IMG/VR virus record: IMGVR_UViG_3300011339_000564
Coordinates: 14,318-78,317 of that record
Source of the DNA: a virus
Taxonomy: Duplodnaviria > Heunggongvirae > Uroviricota > Caudoviricetes
DNA: 64,000 nt
Direction: 5' to 3' (one strand)
Shown: piece by piece, positions 9,163 to 17,747 of the stretch
How the letters are laid out: each line of letters starts with the position of its first letter
Position numbering within the stretch: the first letter of the stretch is position 1
The notes under the pieces: model-generated
What the model was told of the DNA's origin: nothing
Seen by the model: the letters and a program-made list of their open reading frames with translations, nothing else
Databases searched by the model: none
Translations under genes and position numbers: made by a program

Positions 9163-9942
9163 ATGCGTTTTACAGAAATATCAGAATCTACAACATCAGG
9201 CTCAGTATCTACTGTAGCAATGCCACTAGGCAAAACTCAAACACGTACTCAAGTATCTGGTTTAGAACCCGTGAAAAAAGTAATGGGCGGCACTGCTAAG
9301 AAAAAAGGTCCATATGGAAATAGTCTTACTGAAGGTGCTATGAAGCAACTTTCAATGGATCTTAAAGAGTTAAAAGACGAAGAATTCAAAAAGAAATATA
9401 ATATGACTAAGCAGGAAGCCCGTACTGAATTATCTGCAAAGCCTGAACCCATCAAAGAAGCAGAACTATCTGAAGATGATATCATATTAGTTCCAGGACA
9501 GGGACGCAAAATGAAAACTGGATTTGTACCGCATGGTCAAAGTCGTGTAGACCATGAAGTAGAAATGGCACGTAGTGATTTATTCAGTGCGGCAAAGAAC
9601 GCTAAACAAGTATATGAAATGATTCATAGTGTATCTGAAGATGAGGGTCTTGAGGGCTGGGTACAAGAAAAGATTATCAAAGCCAACGACTACCTAAATA
9701 CAGTACGTGAATACTTAGAAGGTAAACAAATTCAACAAGAAGCTAGTAGTCTTACATATGAAGGTAAGATTGACTTTGCCAAAAAGATACAAAAGAATGT
9801 AGATAAGAGTAACAAAGCAGTAGTAAAGACTAGAAAAGAAGTTGGTGCAAGAATTGCTGATATTGGTGCAGGCGGCAAAGAACACAATGTTAAAACTGAC
9901 AAAGCGTGGGACGATGCACAAAAAGCAAAGAAAGCAAAATAA
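9163..9942 (+). CDS. Hypothetical protein with a CTS-like N-terminus (candidate capsid-internal protein)
   Basis: N-terminus MRFTEISES. Charged and low in complexity. 259 aa. Confidence 0.55.
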   Translation: MRFTEISESTTSGSVSTVAMPLGKTQTRTQVSGLEPVKKVMGGTAKKKGPYGNSLTEGAMKQLSMDLKELKDEEFKKKYNMTKQEARTELSAKPEPIKEAELSEDDIILVPGQGRKMKTGFVPHGQSRVDHEVEMARSDLFSAAKNAKQVYEMIHSVSEDEGLEGWVQEKIIKANDYLNTVREYLEGKQIQQEASSLTYEGKIDFAKKIQKNVDKSNKAVVKTRKEVGARIADIGAGGKEHNVKTDKAWDDAQKAKKAK

Positions 9943-9943
9943 A

Positions 9944-12900
9944 ATGAGCAATATTCTACAAGGCTTAAACGAAACACAAAAACATGACGGTGTATTCTTG
10001 TTAACAGAATCTCGTACATACAAGTTATGGGAGAGTGCTGGACAAAAGATTAGTGAAGCACAACTAACTGCCGATCAGATTAATCAAATCTTTAAACAAG
10101 TTGAACAAGGTGCTACTGCCGCAGGTGGTAATCGTACAATGCTCGGTAAAGGTAAAGACGCAGCCGGCGCAGTAAAGCAAGCATATGATGATTTGGTGAG
10201 TAAAGCACAGAACTCAGGACCTATTAAAGGTGTTGATGCGATGTACGACAAAGCCGCCGAAAAATTAAAACAAGCAACTGGTGGCGATCAGGGTGTAATG
10301 AAATATGTACAGAAATATCGTGACTTTGCTAAAGAACACCCAGTAGCACAAGGTTTAATATATTCAGCATTAATTGCAGCCGCTGGTATCAGTGGTGCAG
10401 GTATTGGTGGTGCAGCCGCACTAGGTTTGTTTAAGATGGTAGACAAATTGTTACAGGGTGAGAAGTTTAGTACTGCTGTAGGTAAAGGCGTAACTACTGG
10501 TGCAATGGCTTATGGTGCAAGTAAAGTTGGTGATCTTTTCAAAGGTTCACCGCAAGGCGCACCTACTACTGCTGGATCAGACGCTACCGCAGGTGCGGCA
10601 CAAGATACATTGTCTGCGACTAGACAAGCAGTGGAAAAAGAAGCTATGGATGCCATTAAGTCTAGAATTGCCAATGGAGAAATAGCACCCGGCGATCAAG
10701 GTGCCATACGATATTTGGCATACAAAATGCTAGCTGGATCATGTATGCCGCCGCCGTCTATAGAAACTTCTGTAGAAAAATTAATAACACGATCTATGGG
10801 TGATGTAGGAACTAGCGCAACTAATACAGTGTCCGGCACATTGTCAGGTGTTACCGGAGAACAGATGGCTAGTCATCCTGCATACCAAGCAATGATTCAA
10901 AAGTTTGGCAATACACCCGGCGCTCGTCAGGCGGCTATGGCTGCTGCCAAGTCAGCAATTCTTAAGGGACAAGTCAATGAAAGTATCAATTTATCAGAAT
11001 CTCAAATCTTTCTATTGATAGGTAAGATTGTTGAACGTCAACGTAAACTTGACGAAGGCATCATGGATACACTTAAAGGCGCCGCAGGTAAAGCCGCCGA
11101 TTGGGCACAAACTAAAGGAACTAATTTAACAACTAAAGTTACTGCTGACAAATTATTACAAGCGTGGAAGAAAGCTGGTAGTCCAACAGATAGTTTAGAT
11201 GTTGCAAGCATTATTCAAAAAGCTGGTGTACCATCTGATTCAATCAAACAAGTATACACTACAATGCAAATACCTTTTGCAGGTGAAAAAGGTGCAGGTG
11301 CGAGTACAAAACGTAATATAGATGTTGATCCATCAAGTGTTGCACCAGCCGCTCCAACAAGTACACCCACTGCTTCTGCACCGTCAGCTACAGCAAATGC
11401 GCCGGCGGCAGATGCATCACAGCCTGCTACGGCCGCAACTGGCTCTTTAGCACAAGCACAAGAACTCATTGCAAAATTAGATCCAGAAACTAAAACAAAA
11501 CTTATATCAACATTGAAACAAGAGTTGAGTGTAGCTGAAAGTCGAATCAATGAATTATCTAATGAAAAATTAGGACAATACAAAAAAGCCGCAAGTGCTG
11601 ACGCTACTGCCGCTGACAAAGCAGGTGACTATAAGCGTGGTGATAAACGTTTCAGTGGTATTGTTCGTGCAACTAACAAACAGTTTGCTAATGATACTAA
11701 AAAACATGGTCAGCAAGGTGTGGCGGAAGGCTTAGAGCAATCATTATCGTCAATGGTAAGACAAGATCAGACTGAGCGGAATGAGTATGCAACCTTTGTA
11801 AAATCACAAGCAGGTGGTGATTGGTCCAAAGGGGCTAAAATGTATGCTCAACTCAAAAAAAGACCCATCGATGATATATTTGGTGATGCAATAAGATTAA
11901 ACCAGTTTATGAAAATGAAGTTTGATTTTGATAAATTTACCAATGAAGATTGGGACAATTATTGGTTGTTAGCACAGCATTGTGATAATAATCGTGACTT
12001 TCAAAAGAATGCTTTATCAATAATTAAAAAATATCAAGGTACAGATCATTCGCACTACAAATATCTATACGATAGAATCAGTATGGGTCTAACTGGTAAA
12101 CAGAAATACGGAACACAGAATATTAAAGAGCAAGGCGTGGCAGAAGGCTTCCCTCATGATGTTGACCATATGCCGGGTCCTGTGATTCGCAATGCTGATA
12201 TGACTACAGATAATGTCAAGACCAAAGACAAAGCAGAATGGGACAGAGCCACTGATAGCATCAACGCACGGGTGTTTGATGATATGAGTGAATTTCGCAC
12301 TGACAACAACGGTGAAACAGTTGTCGGTGATAGCGCAGTTTGGGCCAAGTGGGACAATGCTACACAAACAGGTTGGTTCAATGCCAAAGGTCGCCCATTA
12401 AAGCCTTGGCCTGTTAAAGAGCAAGGTGTGGCGGAAGGTGATGGGCCAAGATATATTGATAACATAATGAACCAGTATAAGGCAGGCTTGCCTGGCCAAA
12501 ACCCGGCGGCCTTATCTAAACCAACTAGAGCAGTTGATGCCAGAGGTCGCACACAAGAACAATGGGCACAATTAGTTAGGAGCAAGTTTCCGGGTGCTAA
12601 AATTACACAGGCTAAAATGATTGACGGGCCTATGCAAGCAACCTTACCTGATGGTAGAAAACTTGGATGGAAAAAAGTTGAACAAATTGATGAAATTATT
12701 GATCCTAGCACAAAGATGGCATGGGCATTACGCCACATCGCCGGGTTCCTTACTAGATTATTTCCTTACGCAGTGGGCGCCGGAACTTTGTGGGCAGCCA
12801 GTGGACTGTTGGCCCCACTAGTGGCTGCATCCGGTGGAGTGGCCGCGGCAATTTCTGCATTAGGCGGTTCAATGGGATCAGCTACAGGCGCGGCTGCAGG

Positions 12901-13795
12901 AGCAGTTGGCGGTGCCAGTATAATGCAAATTATTAAAAACTTATTTGCCGCAGACGAGAATAGTATACAAGCAGGAATTAAAAAGTGGGTAGAAAGACAA
13001 GTAGGTGACGAAGCCGATGTACAAGAATTTTTACTAACTCATGCCAAAGCCGCATATGACGGTAAACCTGGTTTCCGTTGGAGGGCTAAAGAGTGGCCTG
13101 TTAAATTAAGTAAAGATCAAGCAGAAGCATATTTAGAAAAGAAAGATAAATCTTGGCTTGATTATGAAAAGCAAAAAATAATCGATGCTGAAAAAGCGAA
13201 GGCTGAAAAAGATAAAGAAGGTATGATGGAAGAACAACTTGATGAACTAAATTGCTGGTCAGGTTACCATAGAGTTGCCGGCACTAAAGCAGGCTTTCCA
13301 GGTAGTTGTGCTAAAAATAAAACAAATGAATCAGAACATAAATGCCCACATTGCGGTGGCGAGATGGTTAGTGAAGAACTAATGAATGAAAAGAAAGATG
13401 CTTGCTACTATAAAGTAAAGAGCCGTTATAAAGTATGGCCAAGTGCTTATGCTAGTGGTGCGTTAGTTAAGTGCCGTAAGAGTGGTGCTGATAGCTGGGG
13501 CAACGGTGGAAAGAAGAATGAAGGTTCTATACTAGAAGGTATTAACCGAGCAGACGAAAGTTTGCATGATTGGTTTAATAAAGAAAAGTGGGTTCGCATG
13601 GATACTAAAGGAAAGATTAAAGGTCCGTGTGCTAGAGAACCAGGAGAAGGTAAACCTAAATGTTTACCTCAAGCAAAGGCACATAGTTTAGGCAAAAAAG
13701 GTCGTGCAAGCGCGGCTGCTAGAAAACGCAGAGAAGATCCCAATCCAGAACGTAGTGGTAAAGCCATCAATGTTAATACTAAAAAGAAAGACTAA
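9944..13795 (+). CDS. Giant modular protein (1283 aa), candidate virion-internal or ejection polyprotein
   Basis: Start set at the ATG at 9944, 1 nt after the upstream stop (the track start at 9842 overlaps the upstream gene). It has three QGVAEG motifs, an EGMMEEQLDELN motif, G/A-rich hydrophobic segments, an Ala/Pro/Thr low-complexity linker, and a Cys-rich basic C-terminus (CPHCGG...). Confidence 0.7.
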   Translation: MSNILQGLNETQKHDGVFLLTESRTYKLWESAGQKISEAQLTADQINQIFKQVEQGATAAGGNRTMLGKGKDAAGAVKQAYDDLVSKAQNSGPIKGVDAMYDKAAEKLKQATGGDQGVMKYVQKYRDFAKEHPVAQGLIYSALIAAAGISGAGIGGAAALGLFKMVDKLLQGEKFSTAVGKGVTTGAMAYGASKVGDLFKGSPQGAPTTAGSDATAGAAQDTLSATRQAVEKEAMDAIKSRIANGEIAPGDQGAIRYLAYKMLAGSCMPPPSIETSVEKLITRSMGDVGTSATNTVSGTLSGVTGEQMASHPAYQAMIQKFGNTPGARQAAMAAAKSAILKGQVNESINLSESQIFLLIGKIVERQRKLDEGIMDTLKGAAGKAADWAQTKGTNLTTKVTADKLLQAWKKAGSPTDSLDVASIIQKAGVPSDSIKQVYTTMQIPFAGEKGAGASTKRNIDVDPSSVAPAAPTSTPTASAPSATANAPAADASQPATAATGSLAQAQELIAKLDPETKTKLISTLKQELSVAESRINELSNEKLGQYKKAASADATAADKAGDYKRGDKRFSGIVRATNKQFANDTKKHGQQGVAEGLEQSLSSMVRQDQTERNEYATFVKSQAGGDWSKGAKMYAQLKKRPIDDIFGDAIRLNQFMKMKFDFDKFTNEDWDNYWLLAQHCDNNRDFQKNALSIIKKYQGTDHSHYKYLYDRISMGLTGKQKYGTQNIKEQGVAEGFPHDVDHMPGPVIRNADMTTDNVKTKDKAEWDRATDSINARVFDDMSEFRTDNNGETVVGDSAVWAKWDNATQTGWFNAKGRPLKPWPVKEQGVAEGDGPRYIDNIMNQYKAGLPGQNPAALSKPTRAVDARGRTQEQWAQLVRSKFPGAKITQAKMIDGPMQATLPDGRKLGWKKVEQIDEIIDPSTKMAWALRHIAGFLTRLFPYAVGAGTLWAASGLLAPLVAASGGVAAAISALGGSMGSATGAAAGAVGGASIMQIIKNLFAADENSIQAGIKKWVERQVGDEADVQEFLLTHAKAAYDGKPGFRWRAKEWPVKLSKDQAEAYLEKKDKSWLDYEKQKIIDAEKAKAEKDKEGMMEEQLDELNCWSGYHRVAGTKAGFPGSCAKNKTNESEHKCPHCGGEMVSEELMNEKKDACYYKVKSRYKVWPSAYASGALVKCRKSGADSWGNGGKKNEGSILEGINRADESLHDWFNKEKWVRMDTKGKIKGPCAREPGEGKPKCLPQAKAHSLGKKGRASAAARKRREDPNPERSGKAINVNTKKKD
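11714..11731 (+). repeat. Copy of the dispersed motif CAAGGTGTGGCGGAAGGC (QGVAEG)
   Basis: Contains the exact 16-mer core AAGGTGTGGCGGAAGG. Confidence 0.85.
12131..12148 (+). repeat. Copy of the dispersed motif (CAAGGCGTGGCAGAAGGC, QGVAEG)
   Basis: Two synonymous mismatches to the core. Shares the extended TTAAAGAGCAAGG context with the copy at 12422. Confidence 0.8.
12422..12439 (+). repeat. Copy of the dispersed motif CAAGGTGTGGCGGAAGGT (QGVAEG)
   Basis: Contains the exact 16-mer core. Confidence 0.85.
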
Positions 13796-13804
13796 AGGAC
13801 AATA

Positions 13805-14245
13805 ATGTTATCAGATAATCTAAAAGTACTTTTAGCTAGTACACAAAGTTTTGCTATTAAAACACAAAACTTTCATTGGAATGTTGAGGGGAGTAATTTT
13901 CCACAGTATCATGCATTTTTTGATACGTTATACGGTGATGTAAGTGCTACTATCGATCCTATCGCTGAATATATCAGAATATTAGGTGCTTACACACCCG
14001 GCAGTTTACAACGTTATGCTGAACTAAGTATCATTCAAGACCAAATCAAAATCCCACGTGCTCAACTAATGTTTGCTGAATCACTACAAGATTGTGAAAA
14101 AATGAGTGAATTAGTCGTTGCTATGTTTGACGAAGCAACAAACGAACGTCAGCAAGGCATTGCTAATTACATGGCTGAACTACAAGACCTATACGGTAAG
14201 AAAGCATGGTTCATTCGTTCTACATTGAAAACAGAACGTGAGTAA
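13805..14245 (+). CDS. dps: Dps-family ferritin-like DNA-protection protein
   Basis: KTQNFHWNVEGSNFPQYHAFFDTLY...IDPIAEYIRILG matches the Dps signature (fHWnv.G..F...H..f...y...D.iAEri..lG). Confidence 0.8.
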   Translation: MLSDNLKVLLASTQSFAIKTQNFHWNVEGSNFPQYHAFFDTLYGDVSATIDPIAEYIRILGAYTPGSLQRYAELSIIQDQIKIPRAQLMFAESLQDCEKMSELVVAMFDEATNERQQGIANYMAELQDLYGKKAWFIRSTLKTERE

Positions 14246-15515
14246 ATTAGAATTTACCCAGAAAGAATGGGAAAAGATAGAAAATAACGGGACTTATTGT
14301 CCCGGTTTATTTAACAGCAAATACATAGAAACTGACGGTGGACTGAGAGCATGTTGTGTTCAAGATTTAAAAGGTGAACATTATACAAATACAGAATCCT
14401 ATAACACCACTTCGTTAAAACAAGCCAGACAAAATTCATTATCAGGGATTAAAGATTCCAGTTGCGCTAGATGTTGGGAAAATGAATCATTAAACACCAG
14501 ATCATATAGACAAGGTCTAGTAGAGTCTGCTATTCACTGGAAAAGTAAAATCAAAGATAATATAAATGTTGACTATTCCATCACAGAACCCACCATAGAC
14601 TACTTAGACATTAGATTTGATAATATCTGTAATTTAAGATGTAGATATTGCAGTACTATTTTTAGTTCTAGTTGGAGACACGAAACTGAGTTACTAGAAA
14701 AAGAATTACCAATATTTAAATATATAAAAAGAAGATCAGTAGATACAAAAATATTGAATAGTGTAACCGATATTGACACGATATTAGCTGACCTTAGAAC
14801 AGTTAAAAAAATATTTTTTGCGGGTGGCGAGCCATTAGTAAACGATAAACATTATGAAGTGTTAGAATATCTAATAGATAATAATAGAACCAACATTGAA
14901 ATAACGTATAATACTAATTTTACAAACATTAAAAAAGTTATTCCTTATTGGAAAAAGTTTTCAAACATACACGTGGGTGCAAGTTTAGATGCAAATTATA
15001 AAAGAGGAGAATACATTCGTAAAAATCTCGTATGGGACCAGATTGTAGAAAATAGAAAATTAATGATTGCCGAAGTTCCTCATGTTCAATTTGAAATAAA
15101 TGCGTCAATGAGTATATTGAATGCGTATAATGTAGTAGATTTTCATAAAGAATGGATTAATGATAAATTAATTGGACCTTTTGATTTAACTGCATGGAAT
15201 TTTGTATCTAAACCTGAACATTATGATATTAGGAATTTACCTGACCATCATAAGATTAAATTAAAAGAAATATATCAAACTCATATTGATTGGTTAAACT
15301 CCCTCACATCAGGCAATGATATTAAGTTTAAAAGTAAAAATGATTCTAGTTTTGCTATTCAATCATATCAAGGTATAATTAATAGGTTAAATTTAAGTAG
15401 AAATTCATCTTTTGACAAATTTTGGGAATTTGACAAATGGTTAGATAATAATAGAGATGAAAACTTTTTTGATGTGTTTCCTGAGTATGAGGACTTTGCT
15501 AGATATTTTAGCTAA
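14238..15515 (+). CDS. Radical SAM enzyme with an N-terminal Cys-rich (SPASM/twitch-like) segment
   Basis: CNLRCRYC is a CxxxCxxC motif. An N-terminal YCPGLFNSKYIETDGGLRACC...SCARCW resembles a SPASM-type auxiliary cluster motif. GTG start overlapping the dps stop. Confidence 0.7.
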   Translation: MSKLEFTQKEWEKIENNGTYCPGLFNSKYIETDGGLRACCVQDLKGEHYTNTESYNTTSLKQARQNSLSGIKDSSCARCWENESLNTRSYRQGLVESAIHWKSKIKDNINVDYSITEPTIDYLDIRFDNICNLRCRYCSTIFSSSWRHETELLEKELPIFKYIKRRSVDTKILNSVTDIDTILADLRTVKKIFFAGGEPLVNDKHYEVLEYLIDNNRTNIEITYNTNFTNIKKVIPYWKKFSNIHVGASLDANYKRGEYIRKNLVWDQIVENRKLMIAEVPHVQFEINASMSILNAYNVVDFHKEWINDKLIGPFDLTAWNFVSKPEHYDIRNLPDHHKIKLKEIYQTHIDWLNSLTSGNDIKFKSKNDSSFAIQSYQGIINRLNLSRNSSFDKFWEFDKWLDNNRDENFFDVFPEYEDFARYFS

Positions 15516-15544
15516 ATATTATTATAAGAACAATAGAGAGTAAC

Positions 15545-15982
15545 ATGAAAAAAATTATAACAACAATACTATTGGCATTAGCCACTGTAACATATGCACA
15601 GAAAACACCTCAAGGTGTTACATACGATGCAAACATCATTAAAGTAAGTGACGGTGACACTATTGTTATTGCCGCACCTTTTTTACCAGCTCCATTAAAG
15701 CCACAGTTAGCAGTTAGAATATTTGGTGTTGACACCCCTGAAAAAGGATTCAGAGCTAAATGTGAATCAGAAAATCAACGTGGTTTAGCCGCTAGCGAGT
15801 TTACTAAGAAACTCGTAGGTGCTAGTCAGAAGCGTCAAGTGATATTATATGATTGGGATAAGTTTGGCGGCCGTGTCTTGGGTGACATTATATTAGACGG
15901 CAAAAGCCTACGACAACAATTGATTGCTAATGGCTTTGCCCGTGAGTATTTTGGTGAAGCCAAGCAATCTTGGTGTAATTAA
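15545..15982 (+). CDS. Secreted thermonuclease (SNase-like)
   Basis: Signal peptide MKKIITTILLALATVTYAQ. VSDGDTIVI and RIFGVDTPE are staphylococcal-nuclease motifs. Confidence 0.8.
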   Translation: MKKIITTILLALATVTYAQKTPQGVTYDANIIKVSDGDTIVIAAPFLPAPLKPQLAVRIFGVDTPEKGFRAKCESENQRGLAASEFTKKLVGASQKRQVILYDWDKFGGRVLGDIILDGKSLRQQLIANGFAREYFGEAKQSWCN

Positions 15983-16707
15983 TTCTTAGTATAAACAAAG
16001 TATAATCTATCGTTATTGTCTTTCTTAAAGGTATCTAACTTTAGATTGTATTTCTCAGCAAACTCATTTACAACTTCAAAGCTCCAAGGGAAGATTTCTA
16101 CATAAGGTCCATTTTTGTGAGGAATTCCTGGATTGGCTCGTAGATAAAATTTTCCACCTACCTTTAGCAAACTAACACAGTGTTCAAATCGTGTTTCAAT
16201 CTCATCTTTGCTATTGAAGTTAATTGAACCAAGAGCCAGAATTACATCGTGTGATTCTGGTTTTACTTTGTACTCTAATATATCAACTTCATAATCAGCT
16301 TGATTATTGTATGGATCAATGCCAATCAGATTCTGAATGCGACCCTTGAATGGGTGATATCCGCAACCAACATCAAGTACTTTTTCTGGGTTTAGTTTGT
16401 TAACTTCATCAGCTAGTTCCCAACCAGTGTGTTCATAGTCACCTGTGCGTGGTTTCCAAATCTCACTAAAAAAACGTAAGATATAACGTTCACTTAAGTC
16501 ATGTACAATTTCTTTTAATGTACCCACATAGTCGCAGGGTAGACTTAATTCAGCTTCCACCGCGTTTTTAAACTTGCTATATCGTGCAGGAGTCCAGGGT
16601 AAGTCTTGGACAATAGTGTTTTCATCAATAGAAATTTTGGAATACTTAGGTAAATTAAACGCAAGTTCTAAATTTTCCTTGACTAACTTAAAAATTTTTG
16701 TGTTCAT
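15979..16707 (-). CDS. Class I SAM-dependent methyltransferase
   Basis: VLDVGCGYHPF is motif I. Isolated minus-strand gene, convergent with the nuclease gene by a 4-nt overlap. Confidence 0.7.
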   Translation of the reverse strand: MNTKIFKLVKENLELAFNLPKYSKISIDENTIVQDLPWTPARYSKFKNAVEAELSLPCDYVGTLKEIVHDLSERYILRFFSEIWKPRTGDYEHTGWELADEVNKLNPEKVLDVGCGYHPFKGRIQNLIGIDPYNNQADYEVDILEYKVKPESHDVILALGSINFNSKDEIETRFEHCVSLLKVGGKFYLRANPGIPHKNGPYVEIFPWSFEVVNEFAEKYNLKLDTFKKDNNDRLYFVYTKN

Positions 16708-16787
16708 AGTAATTTTTTCTATATTTTGTAAATTTTTATGCCAAATGGAATAAATATATGTTCATCATATTTATTATCGGAGGACAG

Positions 16788-17747
16788 ATGAGAAAACTTT
16801 TAGTATTATTAGCATTTATACCGTTAGTTGCTTTTGCTTGGCAACCAACAAAACCTGTAACAGTTATATTCCCAAATGGCCCGGGAGCAGGAAATGAAAT
16901 ATCATTTCGTATTGTAGCAGAGATTGTAGAAAAACAAACTGGTGCAAAATTTGTACCTGAATATAGGCCGGGAGCTGATGGCAATATAGCTATCAATCAC
17001 TTTGTAACAGTTCCTACTGATGGGCACACTATCAGTGTTCCGGCATGTCAGTCAAATTGGGTCACCCCTGAAGTGTGGTATCCAAAGGTAATCAAGTATA
17101 ACCCAATGGATTTAGAACCCATTGCTAATATTGCACGTAGTCCATTAGCATTCTGGGCGCATCCTAGCAGTAAGATTAATACTCCCGAAGAACTAGTAGC
17201 CGCTATTCGCAAAAAAGAGCGCCCTATTACAATAGCAATAGGTGGCGGCGGTCATAAGTTAGCAGTTGAATATCTTGCTGCCAAACTAAATGTACCGGGC
17301 GGTGATCGAATAGAAACAGCTATGTATAAAGGTCCAGCACAAGCGTTATTAGATGTAATGGGAGGTCACGTTGAATTTGGAGTGACCCCGGTTGCTGTTG
17401 GATACCCTCACGTACAAACAGGAAAACTAAAGTTAATTGGTATTGCTGATACTAGACCATTGCCTGGATTAGAAACAGCACCATTGATGAATAAGGCAGC
17501 ACCTGGATTAAGCATACATGGTTGCTGGAATATAGTTCTACCTCCCAATACCCCGCAGGATATACAAAAATGGTATGCTGAACACTTTGTTCCTGCAATA
17601 CGTAGCGCGGAAGCAGGCGCTAAATTCAAAGAAAACATGATGTACATTACACCCGAAGAACATAGCCCAGCAGGTGTTCGTGCTAGTATGTCGAGACTAC
17701 AGCAAGTTTGGCAACCGATTGCTAGAAGAATAGATCCTAATAAATGA
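16788..17747 (+). CDS. Bug/TctC-family periplasmic solute-binding protein
   Basis: Start set at the ATG at 16788 behind GGAGGA. Signal peptide MRKLLVLLAFIPLVAFA. PTKPVTVIFPNGPGAGNEISFRIVAE...YRPGADGNIA...PTDGHTI matches the tripartite tricarboxylate receptor family pattern. Confidence 0.75.
   Translation: MRKLLVLLAFIPLVAFAWQPTKPVTVIFPNGPGAGNEISFRIVAEIVEKQTGAKFVPEYRPGADGNIAINHFVTVPTDGHTISVPACQSNWVTPEVWYPKVIKYNPMDLEPIANIARSPLAFWAHPSSKINTPEELVAAIRKKERPITIAIGGGGHKLAVEYLAAKLNVPGGDRIETAMYKGPAQALLDVMGGHVEFGVTPVAVGYPHVQTGKLKLIGIADTRPLPGLETAPLMNKAAPGLSIHGCWNIVLPPNTPQDIQKWYAEHFVPAIRSAEAGAKFKENMMYITPEEHSPAGVRASMSRLQQVWQPIARRIDPNK

Noticed and set aside
8859-9233. A minus-strand 124-aa hydrophobic ORF, considered as an alternative to the + strand ORF 8842-9087.
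   Set aside because: It shares wobble positions with the + ORF, so codon bias cannot separate them. It would overlap the start of 9163-9942 and sit alone on the opposite strand without a recognisable promoter or RBS. The + ORF has an RBS and operon context. The call remains uncertain.
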